A DNA stretch of 64,000 nt from NCBI GenBank assembly GCA_012295275.1, contig CM022669.1:9796001-9860000 (forward strand). Direction: 5' to 3'. A program made the position numbers and the translations under genes. Positions 14,232-29,302 of the stretch are shown one piece after another. Each line of letters opens with the position of its first letter. Position 1 is the stretch's first letter. Source of the stretch: Chrysomallon squamiferum. Taxonomy: Eukaryota > Animalia > Mollusca. The notes under the pieces were generated by a model. That model was given only the letters and a program-made list of their open reading frames with translations, was not told the DNA's origin and made no database searches.

Positions 14232-15063
14232 ACTTTATTCTGTTTAAATATTTTTCGACCATGTTAATGAAACTGAAGACTATTTACATTGCAGACGATG
14301 TCACCTGATGAGCCTGGCAGCCACATACATAAATTATTGACTGGTAAACATGCCTGCACATAATATATATATATATATATACAGACCTAAATCGTGATGA
14401 CATATTTTAACTTGTTAAGTGTAGACGTTTATTTCATATTTTCAGTTATTTATTTATTCTCTGGTCTTAACCCTTTCCATGTAATGAAGACGTAACATTT
14501 TGCAATAACAGCTTTTCCAGTAGCGCCGTACAAAACATACAGTGCGATATTATGACCTACTCAACATCAATATTTATAATCATGTTCTGTTTTTCTCATT
14601 TGTGGTCCGTTCTCTTCTGTTAGCTATCATGTACTGTTTAGATATACCGCTGTGAAGTTTACATAATATGTGAAAGGTTGTAGGTTCAAATCACAAATCA
14701 GAGGGGGTTTAGTCATTTTTTTTTTTTTTTTTTTTCGTTGTTGTTTTTGCTCTTGCTTTCTCTCGTTTTTTTTTCTAGTTCTTTCTTTTTGTTGTTTTTT
14801 TTCTTTTTTTTTTTTTTTCTTGTTATTTTCTTTAATTCTTTTCTTTTTCTTTTGCCCAAATAATCTAAAAATCTCTTCACAGTATTATTTCGATCGCGGA
14901 TCCAGAATAGTTTTTCAAAGGTGGTCTCGTAATGTATACCCGAAGAATACAACCTAAATTATGGTACTGATAAAACGCTATCTTTACATGTGCACTGTTG
15001 TTTTATTATTTTATATATATATATATATATATATATTTTTTATTATTTTATTATTTTACCTTA

Positions 15064-15094
<31 letters not shown>

Positions 15095-15636
15095 TATTAA
15101 CATATATGTTAAAATAATAATAATAAATAATAATAATAATAATAAAATAATAAAAAAAAAAAAAAAAAAAAAAATTGTTAATGGAATAAAGTGTAAATAT
15201 TACAACGTATATCTGTAGATTGTCATTTAATACTAAAACGAGGCTGCACGTCTTTGGTAAGTACGTTTAAATTATTGTTGTGAAACATGGAGTTTCCATC
15301 CTTCTCAAGACGTTGAAAAGATTCACATGAAATTCTGCAAAAGAATTTTAAGTGTTATCAAAAGCGCTGCAGATGTTGTAATTTCAGCTGAACTTGGTAG
15401 AACTCCGTTATATCGTGTTAAAAAAAAAAAAATAATAAATAAAATAAGAGAAATTAAATAATGGTTAAATCTTTTAGAACAAGGTATTGTATTTTAAAAC
15501 CACTTTATGAACATATGTCAGAATGGTTGCATTTGGCTTTGCCTGGTTAAACAATTACTGAGAGGTTTGCACAGTCAGCATGTAAATAACTTAGAACTGT
15601 TTTTAAAAAATGTGAAAATGGATCTAAAGGGTACTT

Positions 15637-15670
<34 letters not shown>

Positions 15671-16595
15671 ATAATTGACATTTATTCTAAATGTAATATA
15701 AGACTCTGTTTGGAGGACTATTAAAGAATATATTTGCCAGACTCTTTTAGTATTCTTATTACTAGATTTCGAGTTTCTGTCAACTGCTGGTTGAAAAAGG
15801 CAAATATCCTAATACTGAAAGATAAGTAAAATGTGTAATATGAATGTTGTTAATATCATTTTTTTTTAAACGTCCTTTGTACACGAATTTTACTATTGTT
15901 ATAATATTTTAAAATATTACTGGTACAAACCATCTGTATTTAACTCGTGTACCGTTTGTACAGATGAAAACAGAAAATAATTGTATGATATTGGTGAATA
16001 TCTTATCTTAAAAATTCGCTCTTAGTGTATGTGATTGTCCATCCTCCATTTTTTGCACCTGTTTATGCTTTTTTTTTTTTTTTTATATGAACTGTAAGCC
16101 AATGAGCCGAACAGGTTTACGCTAATACTCAACATAATACAAATCTGTATAATATTATATGAAACGTCTTTAATATTGTTAATGTTACTGGGTTATACAC
16201 ATTCCTGTTTGATGTGGTTAGCTGTTAAGTTGCACTGATCTGCAGCCTGTTGCAGGTGTTAAAGGATATCATGTTTAAACTTCTAGAAAACGGTGTTAAT
16301 TGACTGACAGATCAACACATCTGTGATTCACTGGCAAAGTGATGAATAAAACAGCCGAGACATTTCACATCTGGTTTAAATGGAATCGGAACCCTTCGGC
16401 ATTTTTCGGAGTCATACCGTGACGTTTGTTATATGGGCCGGTTGTCGCAAAGTGTGAAAAAAAAAAAAAAAAAAAAGATGAGAAAGAAAAAAGAACTCTT
16501 TTGTTTGTGATGGAACATTTTTTTTTTTTTTTTTTTTGAGGAAAACAAGAGCACAATTCCCACCAATATCTCTTCTCTTCTCTCTCTCTCTCTCT

Positions 16596-16685
<90 letters not shown>

Positions 16686-16735
16686 TGTGTGATACATCTG
16701 TGTTTTTATGTGTTCATGTATGTGTGATTCGGTTT

Positions 16736-16766
<31 letters not shown>

Positions 16767-17146
16767 GTGAATATTCCTACTGTAATAAAAGCCAGGAAGG
16801 ATACAATTCATTAATATTATTAAACTCTTTGGACTAATACTAATAGCCATTATTCAGTCTTGTGAACTCCGGAAGTTATAACTCTTATTGGCACCATAAC
16901 AAGTACATGTAATTGGTCTGTATTTCCTCTTTAATCTGCTGCGACAGTGCTAACAAAAATAAGAGTATACAGTTTTCTGGGACAGCTTAATATTTGTAAA
17001 TCCACTCGATTTAAACAAACTCGAAGTTCAGATATATAGAACAGATATAATTCCGTGGCTGGGGGAAATTTAAAATATAATGGTTCTTTTATAAAATATA
17101 TACATACATAAGTTTATGTTGAAGTTCGCAGAGTTAGACATGAAAA

Positions 17147-17184
<38 letters not shown>

Positions 17185-17448
17185 AGAGAGAGAGAGAGAG
17201 AACCTGTGTCAGCCTGTGGATATGTAAAGGGATGGGTGAGTTAAGAAGACTATTTAGATATTTTCTTTATCTTAAATAGCCATAATTAACTTTAACTGTC
17301 AGTACCATTTTCATTTAATTCTCCACTCCCTGTAACAGTTTTTTGTACCCAGAGGAGGACAGAATGTAGAGGCACACTAATGTAAATAGAGACACACACA
17401 CACACAGATATGCGGCAAAAAAGACGGAAATTTATTTGCTAAACATAT

Positions 17449-17558
<110 letters not shown>

Positions 17559-17775
17559 ATGCCTTTGGTAATCTAAGTTTTCTTATGTTGAAGTTTGCAG
17601 AGTTAGACATGAAATTTAAAAGCAATATTCAAAAGTTCGGTGAAAAACATAATAAATATAAATATTATTAATAAACTTCATAAACAACACTAAAAGAATA
17701 GAACAGATACTCTTCCATGTATACTGAACATTTACAAATTATGATATTAAAAATATAAAATTCATTTTCACTTAC

Positions 17776-18353
17776 CTTGTATTTTGATATTTCAAGCAGA
17801 CGATAATAATATTATTTGCAGAAATTCAGTAACGCATAACCTCGTTTTTTTTTTCTTTAACAAATTATAAAGCGTCAAGATTTTGAATTTTTTTTTTTTT
17901 TTTTGAATAGAATCGGTGGAATATATCCTTTCAACAGCCAAGCTAACACGAGATAATTTCTGATAAATTATGAGCTAGGTCTTTGAACGATTCCATGGTT
18001 CTACGGATGCAGACGGCATTAGTAAAGGGAAGAAACTGGAATGCCTGCTTTCAAGTCACCAGAGCTTAGCATATCTAATCTCAAACAGTTTTCTTAGACT
18101 TGCTCAAGTCCTTGGCGACCGGCGTGTCTAGCATCTGGCTTGGCCGCTTGTTAAAGCAATACTCCGCACTGTGTTTATATGAGGGAGACGAATTGAGAAT
18201 CAGAACCAGAGGGTGTTCCTGGAGGGGGAGGAGAGAGAACCAGAGGGTGCGTGTCAACTGGAGGATGAAAAAAGAAACCCTGATGGGACATTTTAAGGCA
18301 TTTATTTGCATTTTCAATGAGGACGTCAGGGAAGATATAAATAAAAATGACAT
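17776..18353 (-). promoter_or_regulatory. Candidate non-coding first exon / promoter of the GPCR
   Basis: Strong minus-strand donor AAG|GTAAGT at 17776/17775 and a relatively GC-rich, CpG-containing block at about 17990-18400. The GPCR coding exon begins with an acceptor, so it needs an upstream exon. Confidence 0.4.
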
Positions 18354-19664
18354 CTGAAACGGTTACTGTTTACGTCTTTCGCTGTAACCTGTCTGAGGTC
18401 GTAGTCACAATATTAAACGTTTATTTTCAGAGTAGTTTAGGTTCCATGATCACTGACGGTGAGGAATTCAATACGATACTTCAAACCTACAAACACACAC
18501 ACACTCTCAGACCAGAAACTGAGGAATTAAAAACAACTAGTGATATGGGTTGCCTTTTGTAGTTCAAAGACGTGAATATCAGATTTCAAACATGTGAAAA
18601 AAAAAAAAAAAAAAAAAAAAAAGGAAATGAAAATAATATGAAATGGAGAATGTTAACTCGCTTTTTAGAACACTGGTCGGGTTAAATAAATAACCGTTTG
18701 TTCTATGGTCAATTTTGAAATTGGAAATCTATTCCACGTTAGCTTCCGTTTTCTTTATTATTTGACTGTTTCTTATTTTTTTCTCAGATCATTGTTCTAA
18801 GTTATGTTTTGTTCAATGAAATTATGCCGCGTCAAACAGCCTGGCGGAAATTCAGATTATTTTTATTTATTTAATAATTTTTACGATGTATGGGTGTCTG
18901 GCATTATTAGTATAATATGACGAAATGAAAAAGTAGATGCTACTAAATTTTTATAAAAGTAGACGTTCAGCTATAATTTAATATGTACGTATACACACAC
19001 ACAAACACACACACACACACATATATTTTTTTTTTTAAAGACGTTGGGAAAACGAAGTATGCTCGTTCCTTTATTCAGTCTCATTAAAAAGAAAAATAAT
19101 TGTGAGATAAAAGATATTTTATCTACAAGTTTTTCCTTCTTTTTTTTTTTTAAAAAGCTGAAATATGGAATTTCGAGTTTTAAATTTCTTTTTACGAAGT
19201 GACATCAGAAATGGGAAAATGGCAAACTTCGTTATTTACTGGCATTTATTGTCGCCATACATTATGTAGTAGCACACATTATTAATGTCAGCACTTTAAA
19301 ATTAAATTAACAAGAAAAGAAATCATAAAAATACAATAAATCTACTATTATCATTATTTATTTATTTTATTTTATTATTTTATTTTATTTTTAAAAATAA
19401 ATAAAAATAAAAAAGACCAACACAATCTTTTATTTTATTTTTATTATTGCATTTTTGCCGCCCAAACATTATATACATACATACATACCAAATAGCTTGA
19501 AATACTGATTTCTACACACAGGAATAAGCAATAATTTTCTAATTAACTGTAAACATTTCCTAATGAGTCATGGTTTCTGAAACACTAGCATTTCTGCTGA
19601 ATTGTCAATACTGTTAGAAATTACTGTGTGGTTTGATTTTTATTTTTTATTTTCCAACCACAGC

Positions 19665-19709
<45 letters not shown>

Positions 19710-19815
19710 TAATTATTATTATTATTATTATTATTATTATAATTATATAATTTAAGAAAAAAAGAAGTCAAACGCAACATGAAATTCCTGTTCACTAGTC
19801 TTATCGTTGCTCGAA

Positions 19816-19866
<51 letters not shown>

Positions 19867-20425
19867 TAAAGAATAAAATAAGAAAAAATATTCTGAGTTA
19901 TTTTCTAAGATAATAATCCACAAATTTGCCCACCACCTTGCACCTACAACATCAGTTATTTCTAACCTGTGACTCATACAAATTATGATTATTGCTAGAA
20001 CACATACACACATGCATTTCTGACAACAACGCAATGTTACACATAACTGTTCGTAACGTAACAGTTAGCAGTGATTCACAACCAATCTTCATCAATTTAC
20101 ATAAATTACTCATGATTGGAAGCAACAATTAACAAAATAACAAAATAAATTAACAAAATTACGGTCCATTTTGGTCATTAAGTATTTATCACAAATAAAA
20201 AATAAATAAAATAATAATAATAATAATAAAGACTTTTTTAACATGTAAAATCAACAACACTTTTAACAATGATATGATATACATCAGTGCAAAATATACA
20301 GTAAAATGTTCGAAAAAAAAGAAGGAAGAAACAACTACTTACTACAGACAAAAGAAAAATAATGAAAACTTTAATTTGTTGCGTAACCTGAGGGATATTT
20401 TGAGAAAAGATTGACTGAAAAAAGG

Positions 20426-20466
<41 letters not shown>

Positions 20467-20906
20467 GGAAAGATAATGTGTCAAAATGTTTAACTCCTTT
20501 CACTGCTTAATTAAAAATAGCTCTGAGAAAAATCAACTAAACTGTCAGTTTCTGGGAGTGTGTCCACTTGTCACAGAGTAACTAGAATTTTTTTTTTTTG
20601 TTGTAAAACTGTGGGGTGAAGCTGCTTTCAGCAGTTAACAGTAATAAAATTTTAAGTTCAAGTATCCACTTATTGCAAGGAAAGAGTTAACAGTGTAGTA
20701 TCTAGCAGTTCTGTATAAGGTGCTAAAAACTAAAAATATGTTCAAGTTACAGATACAATCTCTTGTTTTACAAGACAGTCGAATCTGTAACAGATATGAT
20801 AAATACAGGATTTCTGTAATCATAACGGTATCTCCAAATGCTTGTGGTAAACAACAACATTCAAATGTTTTATTCTGTATATATACATATTTGTTTTTTC
20901 ACACAT

Positions 20907-20956
<50 letters not shown>

Positions 20957-21629
20957 TACAGAACTGGAAATATATTAATAATAAATATAGCATGGAAAAT
21001 ACTGTTTAATCTTCTCCAATACCTTTTTTTTTTTTTTGGTGAGGTGGGTAGGGTGTGCATTATGATTTTATTTGCAAGGGTTTGTGTAACAAATAAATCC
21101 TATATCGATGTATTAAAAATGTTGTACCATAAGATTATTCAATCTGAATTACTATTATCATTTTTTTCCTTAGTGTTTTTTTTTTTTTTTTTTTATTTGA
21201 GTTACTGGTCATTTTGGTGTCACATTTTCTAAATAAAGTTCAAAGCTGTATTGTAATAATCTATCTTTGTTTAATAGTGCTACATTATTTTGAAAGATGA
21301 AGTGACAGATTTGTTTTAGAATTTAAAAATTAAAGCTAAATATTTTCTGTTGTGAAAAAAACACAAATAGTAACAATAATATATAAGTAAAAACAAATAA
21401 ATAAATAATAATCAATAACAATAAAAATATAACAATATTAATAATGAAAATAAAATAATAGTGATACTAAATAAAATTAAATAAAATTAAAATCATGATC
21501 ACAATTTAGTGGGGGAAAAAAAAAAAAAAAAAAAAAAAAAAAGAAGATAATTATAATAACATACACTTATTTCATATCTCTAACATTTTTGGAATCAAGT
21601 TATTTGGAATTCTGAGACAAATCTCTTCA

Positions 21630-24600
21630 CTATTTTTCCAGTGCTGCTTTTACGTCTTTCAGCAGCATTGTTCCTATCACCATTTTCTCACAGTTCACTG
21701 TTACTTTGGCTTCAGCATCGCCTGTTTTCTTCACTGCAATGAGAACCAGGACTGCCGATGCGACTGTCTTCGCAGCAAACCTAAGAACTGAGTCATCTTG
21801 TGAAGAAATCTGCAGAACGTTAGCGACAGTATGGACGCACAGACACATGTCTTTTGTAGAACGTTTGTTCTCCGCTATGTTCACTTTTGATGTGTTCTCG
21901 TTCATACCTGATAACTTTCCTGTAACAAATATTTGTAGGTTATTATTATTTTTTTTTTAAATGATGATGATGATGATAATAATAATAAAGAATGAATGTA
22001 GAATGAATGAAAGACCACATAAATAAGAATAAATAAAAATAAATGTGCTTATTTTCTTCTTTAGAAAGACTAAAATGAATTAGAATAATTAGAATATAAC
22101 GTGCAGGAAAGATTATTTTAGAAAAAATCTTTTGGACAATGGTTTTATTTTCAGCAAGATTAAGATAACTAAAGTAATAATAATAACTTATGGAAGAAAC
22201 AAAAAAAAAAAAAAAAAAAAAAAGAGAAAATGTAAGAGATCTAAAATTTTCTTTTAACTGAACATTTCTGTTGAGAAGAATTAGAAATAAAACAGAAATC
22301 ACATGTTTATATAAACATTTTTCTCTTTCTTTCACAAATGTTCACCTTCAAAGTATAATAACAAGATAAACAAACAAACAAACAAACAAACAAGTAAATA
22401 ATAATAACTAAATATATAAAAAAATTATATATATATTAATATAAACACATACTACTACTAATACTGTTTCTACTACCATCTTTAACAAGAACAACAACAG
22501 CAATAACAATAACCATTAATAAATAAACAAACAAATAAACAAGCAAATAAACAAATACATAAATAAACAAAAATACAAAAAAAATATCACTAAATGACTC
22601 GAGACTATAAATGTCTCAGTTCACAAACAAACTACTCACCCTGCTGATTTGTAAACTCTCCTTCGCTCATAGTGTGAGGTTGTAACAGTTCTCCTACAGG
22701 AGCTGTGATGCTCACACTAAACTTCTGCTCCTGTGTGTTCAGTTCAAACGTTGCTGGCTGCGTGGTGTCATTGTAGTTGATGCCCATCAGCACAGAGGTG
22801 GACGCACCGACAGCCAGGGTTGCTGTACATAAATAATGTGACTATATTATACTGTATTTAATAAACAAGTCTTGGGTAACTGGTTGGAACAGGAAAGGTA
22901 AGAGTATATTTCAGTAAATTGGATAAATAAAAAAAAATAAAAAAGGGAATATAACCTATCACAACTATTTCTAAGTTTCTGATAAAAATTAAAATAAAGA
23001 TGGAAGTAACTGAATTAAAGTATGTTTTCTGTAACTTATAACAGTAAAACATGTATTTATATATTTCAATAAATTGGATTAATAATAATAATAAAAAGGA
23101 TGATAACCTATAATGACTATTTCTAAGTTTCTGATAAAAATTAAAAGATGGAAGTAACTGAATTAAAGTATGTTTTCTGTAACTTATAACAGTAAAATAT
23201 GTATTTATATATTTTTAAAATTAAAAATCAGTTTTTTATAACACAAGACAAAAGTTGGAAATTAACTAAATTCAAATGTGTTTTCCCCAATTTGTGACAA
23301 TAAAACATGCATATATTTATTAAATAAATAATAATGATAAAAATGGACATACTAATTTCTGGAAAGTCTTGAATTTCCATTCCAGGCTGCAGTTTCTATA
23401 AAAAGGAAATAACAGAAACTTTTAATTAACTTGTTCTTTTCTTCTCCTCAATAGCAATATTAAAATAATAATAATAATAATAATAAAATAAAAAAAATTA
23501 AAAATAAACATATACATTTTTAAATGATTATATTGACACAATTAGTGGGAAAGGTTAATATTACTAAATAACTGCAAGAAAAAAAAACAGGAACAATCTC
23601 TCACCTTTTCTCCTATGGATATGGCCTGTAAAGGATTTTCTCCGAGATTTGTAAAAGTCAACTCGATGGAGACCATCTTAGGTGAGAATATTGAAATTGT
23701 TCTTGTGAATTTGTAAAAAACATTCAAACCATTTCCCTTCATCTTACTCAGCAGCTCGTACGTTTTGGTTTTAACTGCCACAGGCTGTATTGCCTGGAAA
23801 AAATGAACAAATGAATGAATGAATGAATGAAATGAATGAAATGAATAATGATAATAATAATAATTATTATTATTCTTATTTATATTATTATCATTATAAC
23901 ACTAAAAACAACTGCTGCTACTACTATATTACTACTAACACTTCTACTATTATAATCACTACTTCTACAACTACTGCTACTACAACTACTAGAATTAATA
24001 AATTAAAATAATTTGTGTTGTGTAATATAGATAAGAAATTATTTCTCACCAAGTTGCCTGCTGCCACCTGACTGAGGGCTGTGTCACTCTTGCTGCTGGT
24101 AAATGCCGTTGGCGTCAACATGTTGCCAGGGGTAACAGGAACACTCACACTTGTTGATATATCCACTTTAAACAAACATTAAAAAATAATAGTAGTAGTA
24201 ATTAAAACAAATTAAAATGAGTTTAAAACAAATGTATATTTTAAATTAAAAAACAAAAATAAACCAAATAATTTATTTATATATGCTGAGCTCTGTGAGT
24301 CTGTAACAATATTAGAAAGAAAAAAAAAAAAATTATAATATAATTATAAATGCAAAATACAAAACACAAAAAAAGGATTACTACTACAATGTCATTTCAA
24401 ATACTGAAAATGATTTGCATTCAGGATTTTTGAAAAAAAAAATAAACAAACCTACTGTATCAACCTAATTTATTATAACTCGTATATAAATGAATTCAAG
24501 ATTAATTGAAAATACACCCTGATAGTGAACACCGAAAAAGTGTTTTCAATGACCAAGTCACCCACCATTCTTTGTACTTTTTTCTTTTACCCATGATAAC

Positions 24601-27600
24601 ATTTCCAGCCTAAATCATTATAGTAAAACATTGGTGGAAAAATTATTCTAAAACTGCTTATAAATAAATTTATAAAATTCACTTACAATCATTTAAATCT
24701 AGAAGCAAATCAGCCTCATTTCTTGTTTTTTGTTCTTTGCTTGATGATTTGGATTCCTGTATAAACAAATCAATCAATAAATCGATGTTATTATTAAAGT
24801 TTAAAGTTGTAGAATGATTTTAAGAATTGAAATAATACTGTACAGCAATTTTCAGTTCTCTTGTAAAATAAATTAGTAAATACCTGTAAGCAGACAAATA
24901 AATAAAATAAATAAAACAATGAAAATAATATGTAAATAAAATTGCATAAATGAGGAAGTAGCAGACATTCATAAAATTAACAAATAAACAAATAGATAAT
25001 AATAATAATAATAGTAGTAGTAACAAAGAAATTGTTACAGTACATAATTTAATGAACAAATGCAACCACATAGTGCAATCATAGAGAAACAAACAAAATT
25101 AAAAAGAAAAAGAAAATAAAATAAATAAATAAATAAGATTTGTAATAATAATAATAGTAAACAGTAATAATAAAAAAAGAAAAAAAACAAACAACAAAGA
25201 AACAAAAAACAACAAATAAAGAAATAAAAATTATTTTTACACATTTCTCACCTTCACTTGTTTCTTCTTCTCTTTAACTGGAACCTCTTCTTCACTGCTG
25301 TCACTCTCATCTTCATCACTGTCATCATCATCATCGTTGTCATCATCGTCTTCTTCCTCCGAGTCTGATTCCTCGTCAGCTTCACTCTGTGACTTGAGAA
25401 CTTTCTCTGATGTTTCTGATTCATTGTCTGACTCTTCTTCTGAACTGTCCTCATCACCAGACGATTCTTCTTCTGACTCGGATTGATCTGATAATAAAAC
25501 CAAGTCATACTACAGACAGACAACAAACAGACAGACACATATATATTCACACACAACTTAGTATTTATTATCAGTGTATGTGTTATCAGGAATAAAGATG
25601 AGGACACTGGCAAAATTTACTAACCACCAAAAATGTTTTTGACATATCACAACTTTTATATGACTTTGTAGGCCAGGAAGAGAGAGATATAAATAATGTT
25701 TAATCCAAAATTTTGAACTATTATTCTAGAAATTCAATATATATCCTCCAACTTTATACTAATAATCAATACTTGCCTTCTTCACTGGATTCATCTTCTG
25801 AGTAAAATGATTTGAGATCAGCTGTTTTCTTTTTGCTGGCAGACACTTTCTGGGCAATGTCTGGAATGTTTGTTGTTATGGGCTCAGACACATTGCGCAC
25901 TGAAGTGTCAGGGGCTACTTCTGGCCATTCGGGCAGTTCCTGATAGCCATGGGCTCTAGAGTTGATAAGGTGTGACAGAGTGCCCAGCTGGTAATGGTCA
26001 ATATCTGAAACAATTTATATATATATATATTTTTTTTTTTTAAATTTAAATTGTGTTCATATATTTATCCATTTATTTGATTCTTCATTATTTTGTCAAT
26101 ATGAAATGAGGAAAAACAAATTATATGTATGCTTTTGGATCTGTTAAATATCCACACACACACACACCCTCCTTTATTTTTGTTTTTGCTATTTAATGAA
26201 TTTTACAGAAATAACTGCATTATTAACTTCAATTGAGAAGGAAGTACTGAATATACTCATCCAACCCAAATTATCACTATGTAAAAACACATTGGTGTAC
26301 ATGTCAAACAAACACAGTTCTGTATTGTCAGTGAGAATCTCACCTTTGAATTTTGATTCAAGCACTGGAGCTGGTTTTGTAGCTAGGAATATTTTTTTGG
26401 CGTATTTAGCCAGAACACAGCCTTTCTCCCCAGGCAGAACTAGCTGGCGTAGGAATCTCGACCTATCTCTGATGTCGTAGTTCTGGTCATACTTGGCCAG
26501 GTTCAGCACATACTGACACAGAAGTTTGGTCTGTTTTGGATTTGTGATGCAAAGTTTGGCAGCTAGGTTCAAGACTTGAAGTTTGACTATGTCCTCCTGT
26601 ATTAATTACATTATGAAATTTAAATATTATTAGTTGTGTATTACATTAAACATTAAATACAGATAAGCTTTATCACATTTGCTAGAAATGATAGGATTAA
26701 ATAATAATTATAATAAAATAAATGACAGAAATAAACAAACAAACAAATAAACAATTAAATAAATAAATGAATAAATAAATAAATAAAAAAATAAAAAATA
26801 AATAAATAATTAAATAAATAAAAAAATCATATTAATAATGTAGATAAAAACAACTCACTAAACAAAAAGAAATTAATACAACCACTGGAACATAGGACAG
26901 CATAAATCAACTAAGCTGCAAATCTATTTAAACCGCTACATTTAACAATTATTTTTTGATGATTATTATTTTAATTGTTAAATAAACTTGGAACTTACCT
27001 CTGTGATAAAACTCTTGGCCATCTTTCTCAAGACATCGGGGGCTATTTTAGGAACTCTCTCACTGTATTCTCCTATCAGCCACAGAATACTGGCTCGAGC
27101 CATAGGAACTGTTATCTGTTCCACCATCTTAGCCATGTGTGTGATGATTTCTCTGTGTTCTGATGGCTGAAAAAAATTAAAAAAAAGTAAAATCTATTAT
27201 TATTATTATTGTTATTTTTGTAAATTTAAAATTGTTATTATTATACTGGTGCCTAAAAAAAAATGTTTTAAGAGTATAGCATAACTATTAAAACAAAACA
27301 ATAACATAATAAATAAATATTTAATAAATATAAATAAGGAAAACATGTAATAATAATAATAATAATAATGATAATAAATAAATAAATAAATAAACAGAAG
27401 CAAAACAATAATAATGCTAATAATACAAAAATGTCAAAATGAATATTACTTTAATGTAAACATTAAAAAGTAATAAATGAATTTAAAACTTATATTTTAT
27501 TTTAAATTCACTATTTGAAAACAGAAAAGGAAAGAATAGAGAATCAAACCCAGAGAATAAAGAACACATTTCTTTAAAATGTTAGAACTGAAAAGCAATT

Positions 27601-29264
27601 TTTATATATATATATATATATATATGTAATAATAATAAATAAATAAATAAATAAATAAAAACAGAAGAAAAGACAGAAGGAACAGAACTTGTGCTGTCTC
27701 TAATTGTTACAACTCCATTCAACACTTTCTCTAACTTTGACATTAGCCATAACCAACACTAATCCTGACTTTAGTATAAACCTAATACTATATAAATGTC
27801 TGAATGATTAAAATATTGGAAACTAGGGCCTTATTTTAGTCTTTTCCCATTATCTAACAGAACTGGTATAAAGTTAAAATTACAAACAGAAAAAAACAAA
27901 ACATTTTTAAATAAGAAAGAAAAAAGTATTATAACATGAGGTAAACCAATTGTTTAGTTTTCTTAAAACCCATATTGTAATTTGTACACAGCATAAAAGA
28001 AGACTAAACCAAACTTATATTTTATGAACAAGTAGAAAATAAAAAGAAATATTTCTCCAATAATTATTAAAAAAAAAAGAAAAAAGGCTAAAGATAAAAA
28101 GCTTAATGTTAAATTAAAGAAAAGTGTTGCCTTAAAGAAGTATTTAGTATAAAAATATATTTTATTATTATTATTTAGTATATTTTTTATAACAATAATT
28201 GTTTTGCTGTTATATTCTGTTATGCTATGTTGTTATTATATTTTGTTTTGTTTTAATGTCCAGTGTCGGCTTGCTAATTTTGTTAAAATATTGTAGGAAA
28301 TATCCTTCAACCAGTCCTTTTTAATTCTTCTTTAAAAATAGTAACTTAATTTTTATGTATGAAAAACTTGCTCTATTAATAAATGATTAGGAATTTCTTA
28401 AATTGATACTTATCTGATTTATTTTTAAAAAACAAACATGTTTAACACTTAAAATGATTAGAAAAACAAAACACAAACATTTTCCCTCCTGTTATCCACA
28501 CATGGGTACATACACTATATATATTTTCTCTCCCATCTATCAGATTATACAAAATATGATTAAAAAGATTATAAGAAAAACCTAGCTGTAATTTAACTAA
28601 AAGCTAAACATGCGCCAGCAACCAATTCCCAAAACCAGAGATATATTACCACGTCTTTTTGCTTAGCTCTTGGACGGGGCTAAAATTGTGAAAGAAAATA
28701 AAACTGAACAAATGCTGAATTTTAGATTCAGAGCCTTCCATTCATTCTAAAATATTTGACTATTTTGAAATATAAATGTACTTAACTAACTTAGCAATGT
28801 AGCTAAATTCTAATAAAACAAAATTTTAAGAAGTGGTGATCGATTAAGAAATAATCCAAAGGGTACTTGTAGGAGATCTGATTACAAAACCTATCAGTTC
28901 TCAATCACAGATTTAACATTGAGCATCAGTCTGTTTCATCCATCCAAGAAAAAAATATATTTCAGGTTATACTGTGTCTAGAGATGACTTGGTTAATATT
29001 AAAATGAAGACAGAAAAGAAAGATAAAAAATATATATATAAAAGAAATATAAAACATTTTAGTTTACACTGTGTTGTGTGTATAGATAAAAACTAAACAA
29101 AAGTGTGAGAATAATAAAAAAGGAATTTTGTATAAAAATATGACAATTTGTTATTCTGATAAAATTAAAAACATTTCTTTTTAAATTTAAAGTTAAAATT
29201 AAACTCACCCTCATCTGCAGAAGTTTCTTAATGACAACAACACTTTCAGCAACAACACTTTCTG

Positions 29265-29302
<38 letters not shown>

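Noticed and set aside
14670-14710. GGTTCAAATC B-box-like motif (tRNA or SINE)
   Set aside because: No A box and no cloverleaf.
28894-28942. Minus-strand ATGATGA...CTGA...GTGATT...CTGA in AP3B intron 14, like a C/D snoRNA
   Set aside because: Only about 49 nt, guide segments of 5-6 nt, and no terminal stem.
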